DNA from: Octopus sinensis
Taxonomy: Eukaryota
Direction: 5' to 3'
Assembly (NCBI RefSeq): GCF_006345805.1
Contig: NC_043001.1
Coordinates: 20,584,001-20,648,000 of the forward strand
Length of the DNA stretch: 64,000 nt
This document shows, in pieces, positions 1 through 12,552 of the stretch. The position numbers and the translations under genes were made by a program. Below the pieces are notes generated by a model that was not told the origin of the DNA, made no database searches, and worked only from the letters and a program-made list of their open reading frames with translations. Each line of letters starts with the position of its first letter. Position 1 is the first letter of the stretch.

Positions 1-95
1 GGAGAAACATAAAATATTTTGTGATAACAATGTTAACATTAAATGTGCTTCATTATCTTCAGACAGTCTTCATTTAAATATTCTATATTTTCCAG

Positions 96-287
96 ATACT
101 GCGCATCTATCATGTCACAAAAAACAATTTGCTGTGTTATATGTTGGAACCAGATCAAAGAATTGATGCCATACAGAATATAATATCTATGGAAGCTGAT
201 GTCCCTTCGAATGAACAAATCATTATCAAAGGAGATGGTCATCTTATTGATCGGCAGCAATTTGCTAAAGATTTCCTCTCAAATAAT
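96..287 (+). CDS. IKBKB/CHUK-like: IKK-family (IKKalpha/beta-like) kinase, visible exon E1: ubiquitin-like domain
   Basis: Acceptor tttccag, donor gtaatt; 192 bp, phase 0-0. Translates ILRIYHVTKNNLLCYMLEPDQRIDAIQNIISMEADVPSNEQIIIKGDGHLIDRQQFAKDFLSNN, which aligns by eye to the IKKbeta ULD ([32 protein letters not shown]). Confidence 0.85.
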
Positions 288-339
288 GTAATTCATTAAT
301 GTCATTTATTTTTATTTCATTTTTTATTGTAGTAGAGTG

Positions 340-688
340 GCTAATTGGCTTCTGTGCCGGTGGCACGTAAAAGGCACCATTCGAGCGTGATCGTTACTAG
401 TGTCGCCTTACTGTCACCTGTGCCGGTGGCATGTGTAAAAAGATTCAAGCGAGGTCGTTGCCAGTACTGCCTGACTGGCCCCCATGCCGGTGGCATGTAA
501 AAACCACCCACTACACTCTCGGAGTGGTTGGCGTTAGGAAAGGCATCCAGCTGTAGAAACTCTGCCGAATCAAGATTGGAGCCTGGTGCAGCCATCTGGT
601 TTGCCAGCCCTCAGTCAAAATCGTCCAACCCATGCTAGCATGGAAAGCAGATGTTAAACGATGATGATGATGATGATGATGATGATGA
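340..688 (+). mobile_element. RTE LINE 3' UTR fragment, representative of about 25 copies
   Basis: gtgccggtggcacgtaaaa...ggagtggttggcgttaggaagggcatccagctgtag...ccaacccatgctagcatgg + (GAT)n. Also near 1185-1635, 4410-4915, 5215-5555, 7795-8065, 17042-17494, 24700-25070, 26325-26520, 36950-37325, 49400-49670, 54680-55005, 58790-58965, 63420-64000. Confidence 0.88.
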
Positions 689-2023
689 ATGTGTGGCAGG
701 ATGATAAAGAAGCTTGCTTCCTAGCCCAGTGGTCTTTGGGTTCGGTCCTACCAATGCATCCAAGAGAAAGGCAAAGGCTGATACAGCTTGGCACCAATAA
801 CATTGCAACTCACATCTACACCTGTTTACCAGTAGAGGCTGCTCAGTGACCATGGTGAAGGTGGACAAGGAGAACTAAGAGTACAACAGTTGCTGTTCCT
901 CTGCACTTATTGTTTGTCATGTTCTTAGTTGAAGAAGTTTGAGAAAGTGAAAGTAAGTCCAGAGTTATCTAACCAGAAAGGTTAGTGAACTGGAGCAACA
1001 TGAAATAAAGTGTCTTGCACAGGAACACATCACATTGCCCAATCCAGAAACCAAACTCACTACTTCATGATTGTGAGCTCAATGCTCTTACCACTGAGCC
1101 ATGTGCCTTCACCCCTGCATGGTAGCATTCCACATGTTGAAACCAGTAAAGAAATACATCTAGTTGCTAACACCATCATCATCAACATCGTTTAACGTCC
1201 GCTTTCCATGCTAGCATGGGTTGGATGATTTGACTGAGGTCTGGCGAACCAGGCTCCAATCTGATCTGGCAGAGTTTCTACAGCTGGATGCCCTTCCTAA
1301 CGCCAACCACTCAGAGAGTGTAGTGGGTGCTTTTTACATGCCACTGGCACGGGAGCCAATCAAGGTGGGGGGATGGCATCACTCGCATTCGGATGGTGCT
1401 TTTTACGTGACACTGGCATGAGAAGCCAGTTAGGTGGCTCTGGCAACAACCCACATACAAATGGTGCTGGAATGCCCTTCCTAACACCAACCACTCCGAG
1501 AGTGTAGTGGGTGCTTTTACGTGCCACCGGCACGAGAGCCTGTTAGGTGGTACTGGCAATGGCCACAATCAAATGGTGCTTTTTATGTGCCACCTGCACA
1601 GGAGCCAGTCCAGTGGCACTGGCAACGACCTCGCGAAATCAAATGAGTTACAATTAAATGAGAAAATAATATATTAAATAAATTCAATTCCATCAATAGT
1701 AGCAGATGATTGAATCAGTAGAGCATTAAACAAAATTTTTTCTTCCTGTGAAATTAGCATGATATTCTAAACTCTATGAACATTAATTATAAAATAATAA
1801 TTAGAATAAACCATTGTATTCACTGATGTAATCTGCGATCCAAGCCACTCTTAACTTTATTTCTTACAATTTTGAAGATTAATGTTTGGAATCATTTTCA
1901 ATTTTGAAAACTAATGTTTGGAATCATTTTCTGTTAAGGTTTATTTTTTTACTTAAAGTTAAAGTGGTTTTGCTGTTTTTAAAAATTAATTAAATGGGTT
2001 TTTTTTTTCTTTATTTCATTTAG

Positions 2024-2152
2024 GATGAAGTATCACTTTTTCTTCTTGATAAGAGAAATCTAAATGGAAAACCAGATTACAGTACCCATTTGAAATATCC
2101 AGAACAAGTGCAGGTCATTCTAGGAAATGCCAATAATAAATTGAACAATTAT
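2024..2152 (+). CDS. IKBKB/CHUK-like: IKK-like exon E2 (end of ULD / start of scaffold domain)
   Basis: tttag / gtaagt; 129 bp, phase 0-0. DEVSLFLLDKRNLNGKPDYSTHLKYPEQVQVILGNANNKLNNY resembles IKKbeta DLVFLFDNSK...PESVSCILQEPKRNL. Confidence 0.88.
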
Positions 2153-2340
2153 GTAAGTTTTTTTTCAGTTGGTTTGATGATGCGACGATCCATTGTTGAG
2201 ATTTAAGTAACAACAACAACAAAAATATTTTAATTTTTAATCCCCCACTCCACATCAAGTGAGTCTGTGTGTATGTGTAAAAGAAAAAAACATGTTTAGT
2301 AACAAGTACAAAAAAATGTTGTTTAAAAAATGTTATTATA

Positions 2341-2720
2341 GGTGTAGGAGTGGCTGTGTGGTAAGTAGCTTGCTTACGAACCACATGGTTCTGGGTTCAG
2401 TCCCACTGCGTGGCCCCTTGGGCAAGTGTCTTCTACTATAGCCTTGGGCCGACCAAAGCCTTGTGAATGGATTTGGTAGACGGAAACTGAAAGAAACCCG
2501 TCGTGTATATGTGTGTGTGTGTGTCTGTATTTGTCCCCCCAACATCGCTTGACAACCGATGCTGGTGTTTTACATCCCCGTAACTTAGCAGTTCGGCAAA
2601 AGAGATCCATAGAATAAGTACTAAGCTTACAAAGAATAAGTCCTGGGGTCGATTTGCTCGCCTAAAGGCGGTGCTCCAGCATGGCCACAGTCAAATGACT
2701 GAAACAAGTAAAAGAGTAAA
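2341..2720 (+). mobile_element. tRNA-derived SINE family A (internal (TA)n/(TG)n tract, (GTAAAAGA)n tail), representative copy
   Basis: A-box TGGCTGTGTGG, B-box-like GGTTCAGTCCC, then ccttgggcaagtgtctt. Other copies near 5821-6165(-), 8700-9395(+), 12588-12980(+), 14783-15195(-), 19175-19595(-), 22195-22610(-), 22791-23180(+), 25197-25594(-), 33527-33937(-), 34178-34495(-), 34795-35185(-), 36565-36920(-), 61735-62105(-), plus partials. Confidence 0.9.
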
Positions 2721-3711
2721 TCTAAACCCTACTCTGCATCAAGCAAATCCGGAGGCCAGTCGAGGCGGCGCTGGCAACGGCCATGTTCGGATGGTTGTCT
2801 TACGTGCCCCCGGCACTGGTATCACAGCTACAATTTCCATTGATGTTGATCGATTTTGATTTTGATTTATTCTGATATATATGAGGTTAAAAATGAAAAA
2901 TATTTTCTAAACAATGTCCAAGTCTCTATTTGCTGTCCAGCAATGTTTATTCAGATGCATTTTGTGATGTTGGGCACGAAAATACCTTAAGCTAAGCCTG
3001 AAAGCAATGAAGTCATAAAAGAATCATCCATAACTTGCAATAAGCAACATTTATTAAATGTCATTACTGTTATTACTGTTATTTCTTTATTTTCTGCAAA
3101 CAAAATACACAAAAAAGCTACACGTTTGCATTATGTTATATATACAATAATAATAAAGGACATTACCATATACATTTTTACAAACCAAGGATGTTATATA
3201 GACCTCTTAGACTCAAGTTAAAGAAAAGGTGCATATTATACATAAGGTTTAGGTTTTTCAGAAGTACAGCCCCCTAAAAATCCCCTATGTATTATACTCA
3301 AGGATGGACTATACTCGAGGATTTATGGTATGGTAAATAGAGAGATGGATTGATGGTGTTAGATAGAGAGTGGGAGGTTTGTCGATCTAAAAGTCACTCC
3401 TTGTAGTAAATTATATTCTTTTATTATTACATGCAGGCAACATTGTCTTTGGGATGCAGATTTTGAAAATCAAATTCGTTTATCTGGAGGATGCACCATT
3501 TAAGAGCCTTTTGGGGTTAAACACACATACATTCACATTTATCATCATCATTCAAGATACATGTTCCATGCTAGCATGGGTGGGATGGCACCACAAGAAC
3601 TGGCCAGGCTGAAGCCTGCACCAGACTTCTGCGACTGTTTCGACAGGATTTTTACAGCTGGATGCCCTTCTTAATACCAACCACTCATATATATAAATGT
3701 GTGTATGTGTG

Positions 3712-3753
<42 letters not shown>

Positions 3754-3878
3754 TATGTATAAATGTGTGTGTGTGTATATATATATATAGGGAGAGTTTA
3801 CGACAAAAAAAAAGACGAAGACAGGTGGTGTACAAAACAAACAGATGTATTAGTATAACACTCAGGAATAGAAAAAAT

Positions 3879-3914
3879 CTTTTACGTTTCGAGCCTACGC
3901 TCTTCTACAGAAAG
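3879..3914 (-). ncRNA. Minimal hammerhead-like motif with non-canonical core, in a Penelope-like terminal fragment (about 3790-3975)
   Basis: CUUU CUGUAGA A GAGC guag GCUC GAAAC GUA AAAG. Stems are perfect, but CUGUAGA replaces CUGANGA. Confidence 0.5.
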
Positions 3915-4025
3915 GGACATAGTAAAAACAAGGAGAGAAAAAAATGTGTGTAGTGGCTAACGATCTATCATGGCGATATATATTCACACACACTTCATTC
4001 TTGAATTTGTTGTTCTATGTTGCAG

Positions 4026-4117
4026 GAACCAAAGAGACTATTTGCTGAAACATTATATTTCTGTAAGAATTTAGAAGAAAAATCTCGGCGCCTTATACAG
4101 AGTATAGCAGCTTGCAG
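4026..4117 (+). CDS. IKBKB/CHUK-like: IKK-like exon E3
   Basis: ttgcag / gtttgt; 92 bp, phase 0-2. EPKRLFAETLYFCKNLEEKSRRLIQSIAAC resembles [30 protein letters not shown]. Confidence 0.85.
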
Positions 4118-7100
4118 GTTTGTATTGTTATGAAAAACATATTCATCATCATCTTCATCATTTTTATAGTATTTTCGTATTTACATATGAAAACATACTA
4201 TTTTATGTTTGTGCAATGGAAATAGTTCATCATCATCTTCATCATTTGACGTCCACATTTCTATGGTTACATGAGTCTGATGGAATTTGTTGTGACAGAT
4301 TTTCTATGGCCAGATGCCCTTCCTGTTACCAACCCTCACCTGTTTTCAAGCAAAGTAATGTTTTCCCATGGCCAGACATATTCTCCATGGAAAAATGGAA
4401 ATGAACATCATCATCATCTTCGTTTAGTGTCCGCTTTCCATGCTAGCATGGGTTGGACAGTTCAACTGGGGTCTGGGAAGCCAGGAGGCTGCACCAGGCC
4501 CAGTCTGATCTGGCAATGTTTCTACGGCTGAATGCCCTTCCTAACGCCAACCACTCCATGAGTGTAGTGGGTGCTTTTTATGTGCCACTGGCACAGGTGC
4601 CAGACAAGGCTGGCAAACGACCACGATCGGATGTTGCTTTTTATGTGTCACCGGCACGGGGGCCAGGCGAGGCTGGCAGCGGCCACAGTCGGATGGTGCT
4701 TTTTACGTGCCACCGGCACGAGGCCAAGCGGGGCGGCACTGGCAACGGCCACGTTCAGATGGTTCTCTTATGTACCACCAGCACTGGTATCACAGCTGAA
4801 ATTTCCATTGATGTTGATCGATTTCGATTTTCACTTGCCTCAACAGGTCTTCACAAGTAGAGTTTTGTGTCCCAAGAAGGAAAGGTATGCATAAGTGGAC
4901 TGGCTACATCCCATGTAGAACAACCTTGTTTATTCGATGATGATGCTCCCTTACAATCATCATATGATGTTTAGACAAAGGTACATGCACATACACTCTG
5001 ACACACAGATACTTATATATGATGAGCTTCTTTCAGTTTCCATCTACCAAATCCACTTACTAGGCTTTAATTGAACTGGGGCTACAGTAGAAGACACTTG
5101 CCCAAGATACCATGTGAGTTTCTCAGCCACGTAGCCACACCTGTACCTATTTTATAAAATTATATATTGTGGACACATAATCATTGAGGTCTTCTTTTTC
5201 TCACCTGTGGTACCTGACTGGTCCTGTGCCGGTGGCACATAAAATGCACCATTTGAGCATGGTCATTGACAGCCCTGCCTGACTGGCTCCCATTCTGGTT
5301 GTACATAAAAAGTACCATTGAAGCATGGTCGATGCCAGTAGTCTCACCTGCCTTCATACCAGTGGCACATGAAAAGCACTCTCTACATTCTCAAAGTGGT
5401 TGGCATTAGGAAGGGCATCCAGCTGTAGAAACCTTGCCAGATCAGATTGGAGCCTTGTACAGCCTTCAACCTTGCCAGTCCTCCATCAACCTTGCCAGTC
5501 AAACCATCCAACCCATGCCAGCATAGAAAGCAGATGTTAAACGACAATAATGATGATTTCATAGTTGTATTCAGTTTGTGTCATTTGAGAGAACCTGAAA
5601 AAAACATTAAAAACCTATTACTTTAGATGAACCATTGAGAAAGAGAATATAATATATGACCTTTGTGAAGTTTGTGGCCTTAATTCATTTTTTTATCACT
5701 AGCAAACCCTTAGTATTGACTGAACAGATCAGTTAAATATGTATGAAACCAGTGCAGGAATTTCTACATATTTGCATAACCTGCTAGACATAGTAATTAA
5801 ATCTACCTCAAATCAAACTCTCTTTTACTTGTTTCAGTCATTTGACTGTGGCCATGCTGGAGCACCGCCTTTTAATCGACAACTCGACCCCGGGACTTAT
5901 TCTTTTGTAAGCCCGGGGACATAAACACACCAGCATCGGTTGTCAAGCGATGGTGGGGGGACAAATACAGACACACAAACACACACATATACATATACAC
6001 GACGGGTTTCTTTCAGTTTCCGTCTACCAAATCCACTCACAAGGCTTTGGTCGGCCCGAGGCTATAGTAGAAGACACTTGCCCAGGGTGCCACGCAGTGG
6101 GACTGAACCCGGAACCATGTGGTTGGTAGATAAGCTACTTACCACACAGCCACTCCTGCGCCTATTTTAAAAAAAAAAAAAGGATGCATTGTATAATGTA
6201 GCCCCATATGCATTCTGCAGGTGAAGTGCTGAACACATCTCTCCTCATTTCTCTCCGATTCATTCATAACTTATTTGGGATATCACAGTTCCCTTAACCC
6301 TTTCTTTACTCTATGGTTGTATGGTTAAGAAGTTTGCTTCCCAGCGGCATGGTTTCTAGATCAGTCCTGCTGCATAGCACCTTGAGCAAGTGCCTTCTGC
6401 TATCACCATAGTCTAATCATTCTGAGTGGATTGGCTTGAGGGAAACTGGAAGAAGCCCACTGTGTTTGAGTTTGTCTTGGCATCATATGATTGTTGTGTA
6501 TGGATGTCATTCATTTCCAATATACTCCAAAAAAAATTACCGTGCTTAGAAGCAGATGGAGGTTGGTACCAGGAAGGCCTTCCAGTCGTCATCATCGTCG
6601 TCATTCTTCTTCTTCGTCTTCTTCTTCTTCTTCTTATTATTATTATTACTACTACTACTACTACTTAGTGAGAAAGTATTGCATGCAATGAAAGTGACAC
6701 TGGGGTAAAATATACGAAGCCGAGTATACCCATCACGACTACCCATTTGATGAGGGTAGTCCAACCCACTCAAAAGGTCCCTGAATAAGGGTTGTTTAAG
6801 GATGATGGACAAAACACCCATGTTTCCAAAGGTGTATTATTCAAACCCCAAGGAATTCCTTTCAACACATGACTATGATGCTCCCCGACTACTTCTGCTC
6901 ATGATCAGAGATGCACATATCGTCAGACACCAAGGGACATGCTCAACTGGTTGAGGTCAAACAACTGTCAAGCAAATCTGTGGTATTGAGCAGAATATTT
7001 GCTGTAGCCCATCTTTTATACCAAGTCAAAACAATGTACATGATAACACTTCCAATCAGTTAAGATCAGGAGCCACAAGAGTCACTGCCTGGTACTGCAT

Positions 7101-7384
7101 CAGGGCATTTATTATTATTACTACTACTTCTACAACTACTGGCTGAAGGCACACTGGCCAAAATGCTTTGTAGTATTTTGTCTGTCACTACAGTTCAAAT
7201 TCTGCCGAGGTCAACTTTGCCTTCCAACCTTCTGGGGATCATTAAACAGTGCAGCTGATATAATCAACTAGTCCCCTCCCTGAAAATTTCAGGCCTTTTG
7301 CCTTTAGAAGAAAGGATTACTACTACTACTACTATTATATTTTTATGTTGCTGTATTAAATTTAATTTTGTTCTTTCTTTTCAG

Positions 7385-7486
7385 AAGATCCTTAGCAAAT
7401 GATCATGAACAAATTTTAAGTGAAAAAGGACATCCCTGTGATATCAAGCCTCAAATTTACTTAAAAGCTGACATTCTTTCAAAAAG
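7385..7486 (+). CDS. IKBKB/CHUK-like: IKK-like exon E4
   Basis: tttttcag / gtaaaa; 102 bp, phase 2-2, open: (R)RSLANDHEQILSEKGHPCDIKPQIYLKADILSK. Confidence 0.8.
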
Positions 7487-7625
7487 GTAAAACAATAGAT
7501 CGCATTCTCTGTTTTCTATTGAAATAATATTTATGGAATTGATACCAGGTTGTTTGGTGCTTTTCAGTATTAAAATATGTTTGTGAGTGAATACGTTTTT
7601 TAATAAATCAAATTTTTTTTTCCAG

Positions 7626-7675
7626 ATTGCAAATGAATGAAAAGAAATTTCAAAGTTTAAATCTAAAACCACCAG
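7626..7675 (+). CDS. IKBKB/CHUK-like: IKK-like exon E5
   Basis: ttttccag / gtgtgt; 50 bp, phase 2-1: (R)LQMNEKKFQSLNLKPP. Follows a 139-bp intron and keeps the frame. Confidence 0.75.
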
Positions 7676-8073
7676 GTGTGTATGTAGTATTACCTTTTGT
7701 TGTTGTTGTTGTTCTTAACATTGTTGTGTGGTAAGTAGTTTGCTTCCCAACCACGTGGTTCTAGGTTCATTAGCACTGCATGGACCTTTTGCATATCATC
7801 ATCATCATTTAGCATCTGCTTTCCATGCTGGCATAGGTTGGACAGTTTTACTGAGGACTGGCAAGCCAGAAGGCTGCACCAGGCTCCAATCTGATCTGGC
7901 AAGGTTTCTACAACTGGATACCCCTCCTAATGCGAACCACCCCAAGAGTGTAGTGGGTGCTTTTTATGTGCCATTGGCATGAGGGCCAGTGAGGCAGTAC
8001 TGAGATTGACAACGCTCGAAAGGTGGTTTTTACATGCCACTGGCATGGGAGCCAGTCAGGTGGCACTGGCAAC

Positions 8074-8309
8074 AGGTGGCGAGCTGGCAGAAACGTTAGC
8101 ACGCCAGACAAAATGCGTAGCCATATTTCGTCTGCCATTATGTTCTGAGTTCAAATTCCGCTGAGGTCGACTTTGCCTTTCATCCTTTCAGGGTCGATAA
8201 ATTAAGTACCAGTTACGCACTGGGGTTCGATGTAATCGACTTAATCCCTTTGTCTGTCCTTGTTTGTCCCCTCTATGTTTAGCCCCTTGTGGGTAGTAAA
8301 GAAATAGGC
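8074..8309 (+). mobile_element. tRNA-derived SINE family B (central gactttgcctttcatcctttcggggtcgataaattaagtaccag domain)
   Basis: Head ggcgagctggcagaaacgttagc...gagttcaaattcc, tail gtaaagaaatagg. Copies near 10624-10835(-), 30920-31120(+), 32225-32375(+), 41726-42128(+), 43125-43355(+), 43950-44170(+), 59640-59877(-). The central domain resembles my recollection of the MetaSINE Meta domain (unverified). Confidence 0.85.
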
Positions 8310-8807
8310 GTGACTTCTATTATAACCCTAGGCTAAACAAAGCTTTCTGCATCACCTTGGTGTGTGTTACTATCTCCTTGCCTTGATATCACAATCATAG
8401 TTGTATATGAGTGTCCCCATCATGCAGGCAGTGTTCTTTGTTTCTGGTTTTCCATGAAAACATGTCTGGTCATGAGGAAAACATTACCTTTCTTAGAAAC
8501 AGTGAGGGTCGGTGACATGCATCTTATCTAAACCTGTAAATTCTTGTAATTACAATGCAATGGTTCTCTCTTCCATTTTCATGACTTGGTCCATCAGCTT
8601 ATAATTATCCTTCTTGTGTTCCTTCCTCTCTCACCTGTAGCTAACAGTGGTATTGCTAGATCAATCATAGTGATAACACCTTTCTATACAATCTGACTCT
8701 GTATCTAAGGGAGTGAGTGTCTTCTACTATAGCCTCGGGCCGACCAAAGCCTTGTGAGTGGATTTGGTAGATGGAAACTGAAAGAAGCCCGTCGTAAATA
8801 TATATGT

Positions 8808-9110
8808 GGAGGTGCAATGGCTCAGTGGTTAGGGCAGCGGACTCGCGGTCATAGGATCGCGGTTTCGATTCCCAGACCGGGCGTTGTGAGTGTTTATTAA
8901 GCGAAAACACCTAAAAGCTCCACGACGCTCTGGCAGGGGGTGGTGATCCCTGCTGTACTCTTTCACCACTCTTTCTCCCACTCTTTCTTCTGTTGGCCTG
9001 CTCGCTTAGCCAGTGGGGTGGCGTCATTCGAAGGCTAAAACAATGCGAGCGCATTGTGACCAGCGATGTGTAACAACATCTGATGATCTGGTCGGTCACG
9101 TGATGATGAT
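8808..9110 (+). mobile_element. tRNA-derived SINE family C, nested in the microsatellite tract of a family A SINE
   Basis: A-box TGGCTCAGTGG, B-box GTTTCGATTCC. Second copy at 60306-60600, 3' half at 58120-58290. Confidence 0.85.
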
Positions 9111-9118
9111 ACATATAT

Positions 9119-9180
<62 letters not shown>

Positions 9181-9746
9181 ATATGTTTGTGTGTTTGTGC
9201 TTGTCCGCCCAACATCGCTTGTCAACCGATGGTGGTGTGTTTACGTCCCCATAACATAGCGGTTCGGCAAAAAGAGACCGATAGAATAAGTACTAGGCTT
9301 CCATAGAATAAGTCCTGGGGTTAATTTGCTCGACTAAAGGTGGTGCTCCAGCATGGCCACAGTCAAATGACTGAAACAAGTAAAAGAGTAAAAGGGTATA
9401 GTATTTAATTACTGGATTACTAATACAGCATCAGTTATAAATAATAATGCATACAAAATCATATTCATATGTATTTAGCTCCATTGTGAAATTATAGCAG
9501 TGTCATTAAACCACAAGGATTTTCTGCAGCTTGGAATAGTCTCATCTAACTTATGCAAACACCATTCAGACAAGATGTTACTTTAATTTTTTATGATGAT
9601 GATGAGTAGTTGCATAAATTTTAATTAATTACCAAAATACATGACTTATTCCTTTTTTTTTTTTTTAATCTAATTTCTTTCGTTGTTGTGATTCTTCTTT
9701 AAGTAATCAATATATTATAAGTTCTTCTCTTTTTTTATTCTTATAG

Positions 9747-9814
9747 AAACATATAATGATGTTATAAATGACTGGAACAAAATGATTTCAGAACTGGAAA
9801 AAATTAAAAGTTTT
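9747..9814 (+). CDS. IKBKB/CHUK-like: IKK-like exon E6
   Basis: cttatag / gtgagt; 68 bp, phase 1-0: (E)TYNDVINDWNKMISELEKIKSF. The Trp matches IKKbeta DKLLLAWREME. Confidence 0.85.
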
Positions 9815-9934
9815 GTGAGTAAAATTTATTCCTGTTTCAAATCCTTTTGGTAAAATTTACTGTTAAACGCAATATATATTGCTCCCATGATGTCAAAATA
9901 ACTTCTTTGTTGCTTTATCTTTTCTTAGATATTT

Positions 9935-10605
9935 ATAATAATGAAATTATTGTATACAGTGCTCAGGTGCACCACAACTTGTCAGAGTATATGCAGTAAT
10001 GTACAAATGTCTGGAAAGCGAACAATGCATGAGTCAGATACATGCTTGTGTGTGTATAATAATAATAATAATAAACATTGTGTACAGTGCTCAGGTGCAC
10101 TACAACTCATCGAAAGTGTATATATAATCAGGTGTAGTTTCGACGGATTTCGGAAAGCATGAGGGCCTTAAAGGATGCAGTATGGAGGGGAGAAAATCAG
10201 GTGTAGTGTTGGTGAATCTCAGAAAGCATGGAAGTTTTGAAGGATGCAGTGCTCCGACAACTAACAACTGATGCCGGCAGTTTGTTCCATGCTTCAGCAA
10301 CTCTCAGCGTGATAAAATGTTTCCTGAAGTCATGGGAGCTGTGCTGTTTTCTGACTTTGTAAACATGTCCACGGGTGTTAGATGGGTGGAGTTTGAAAAG
10401 GTGCTCAGAGTTATTGTTTGTACGATGGTTGATAATTTTATGTGTGTCTGCCAAGTCAGCTGCCAGACGTCGGAGTTTCAATGTGTCCATGCCCAGGGAA
10501 GTAAGGCGTTCAGGATATGGCAAATGCCTGATGGAGGGTATTCTTTTGGTTGCACGTCGCTGATATCTAAGGCTTCCATCAGTAGAGTTGGCCATATATC
10601 TACAC
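9935..10605 (-). mobile_element. CR1/L2-clade LINE 3' fragment (ORF2 C-terminus, 3' UTR, (TTA)n tail)
   Basis: QRRATKRIP...PYPERLTSLGMDTLKLRR...TRGHVYKVRK...RKHFITLRVAEAWNKLPASVV. Copies near 14076-14398(-), 20432-20925(-), 38190-38712(-), 54090-54445(+); older ones near 13000-13490 and 34495-34750. Confidence 0.9.
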
Positions 10606-12454
10606 CTGGACAGTCCCTTCTTATTCCTTTATTGCCCACATAGAGGGGACAAACAAGGACAGACAAAGGGATTAAGTCAGTTACATCGACCCTAGTATGC
10701 AACTGGTACTTAATTTATTGACCCTGAAAGGATGAAAGGCAAAGTTGACCTCGGAATTTGAACTCAGAACGTAACGGCAGACGAAATACCGCTAAGCATT
10801 TCGCCTGATGTGCTAACGTTTCTGCCAGCTTGCCGCTGGACAGTCCCTTCTTAATGCATGAACACACTTGGTCGTTGCCTAGAGACCCCCTCAGATGTAG
10901 AGACCCTATCTTAATCTGTGTATGCTGCAGTATTTTGTCATTAAAGAAGATGTTGGGGATCTCCAGTGCATTGTTTTACTCAGGGGCTTAAAGGGTAAAG
11001 GTTAAAGACCCCCTTTGGGGAAGGTTGTTTATGGAAGACCAGCAGTAACCCATGCATACCAGCCTCTACGCTCCATGCCACCAATGTTATCCAAGGAAAA
11101 GCAAAGGCCGATAAGGGGCTTATAATGCTGTTAAGACAGCCCTGCCCCTAGAAATTTCCTCTCCAGGATGCAAGCCTGGACAAGGATTCTTTTATGGTGG
11201 AACCAGCAGTTTCCCATGCTACAAGTTTCTCCTCTCTACACCACTGATGTATCCCAGTGGTAGGCTAGGGTTAGAATAGTTTAGCACAAATATCATCACT
11301 GATGAATTCAGACAGGAAAGACCTGACGAAAATATTACAGAACAAGTTACCCAATGCTGTAACAATTCTGCCTAATCCACCGTCATGGACAAGTAGTTTA
11401 TTTTATTGACCCCGGGAGAATGAAAATAAAGTTGACCTTGGCAGGATTTGAACTGGAGACATAAAGAGTTGGAAAAAATGCTAAAGGCATTTTACTGAAA
11501 GCTCTAAACAGTTCTGCCAATCCACTGCCTTATCTGTGAAGCCTATGTGTGTTACATCTCAGGATCTATCTTTGTCCATCTTACTATCAGTAAGAAGAAC
11601 CAAGTGCAAGAGTTTGTCAATCAAACAGACTAATTTCCTTGAATCGGTTGTGGTGCACAATTTAGTTGCCCCATCTCAGAAGTGGCTGTTGTCATAAGTG
11701 TTATAATTTGACTTAGAAAGTCACTAGCTATTTTGTACTAAGATATGTTTTTGCTCTGACATATATTTTCTTATTAACTCTTGTTAGTGTTATGGATAAT
11801 ATTCTAGAATAGATAACTAGAGATGGCCATTCATTGATAAGAGATGCAATTTTAAGTCATAAAATATTTTCTATAAGGGAAGAGAATGCCCATGGGATAT
11901 GGGCATTTTCCATGCTGACATGGGTTGGATGGTTCTAGCAAATGAGAAGTCTGCACCAAGTTCTGCTCTCTGCTTTGGCATGGTATCTATGACTGGATAT
12001 CATTCCTAACGCCAACCACTTTACAGAATGTATTGGGTGCTTTTTACATGGCAACAGCAGCAGTGACGTCCCCAAGTAACTCATAAGACAAGACCCCTCA
12101 ACTGAGGGCAGGAGTAGTATTGAGAGACAGAAAAGGGTGTCTTGCAGTAGAGAAGAAAAAAAGCTGCCTCAGGTGGAGAAAGAGAAAGAGATGGTGAAGA
12201 TGAGATAGTGAGAGGGCATGCCCCCAAGTTACAGGGAGGTGTCCACAGTCTAGTCAAAAATGCATTTTAATTAAGTTTATGAATCTGTGTTGCAAGATTC
12301 CTGGTGTGAAGTCATGTGTCGAAACAACAATACATATTAATTAATTATTGTTACAACTGCTTTACACGTCTCTTCATATATTTTTCACTCATTTCTATTG
12401 TATAGTCATAATCATTTGTTTTATATAATTTGAGAACAAAATATATTTATACAG

Positions 12455-12552
12455 GTCCAACCGTCTGAAGCGAAAGAGGAAATAGATGAATTTGTCTCCA
12501 GTAATATAAGCACAACTTCTTTTAACGAGAGATATGAAACTTTAAAAAATAT
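12455..12552 (+). CDS. IKBKB/CHUK-like: IKK-like exon E7
   Basis: tatacag / gtaagt; 98 bp, phase 0-2: VQPSEAKEEIDEFVSSNISTTSFNERYETLKN. Confidence 0.8.

Noticed and set aside
8808-8885. tRNA-like sequence (also 55500-55578 and 60306-60375)
   Set aside because: A- and B-boxes are present, but there is no closing acceptor stem and each continues into a SINE body; these are SINE heads, not tRNA genes.
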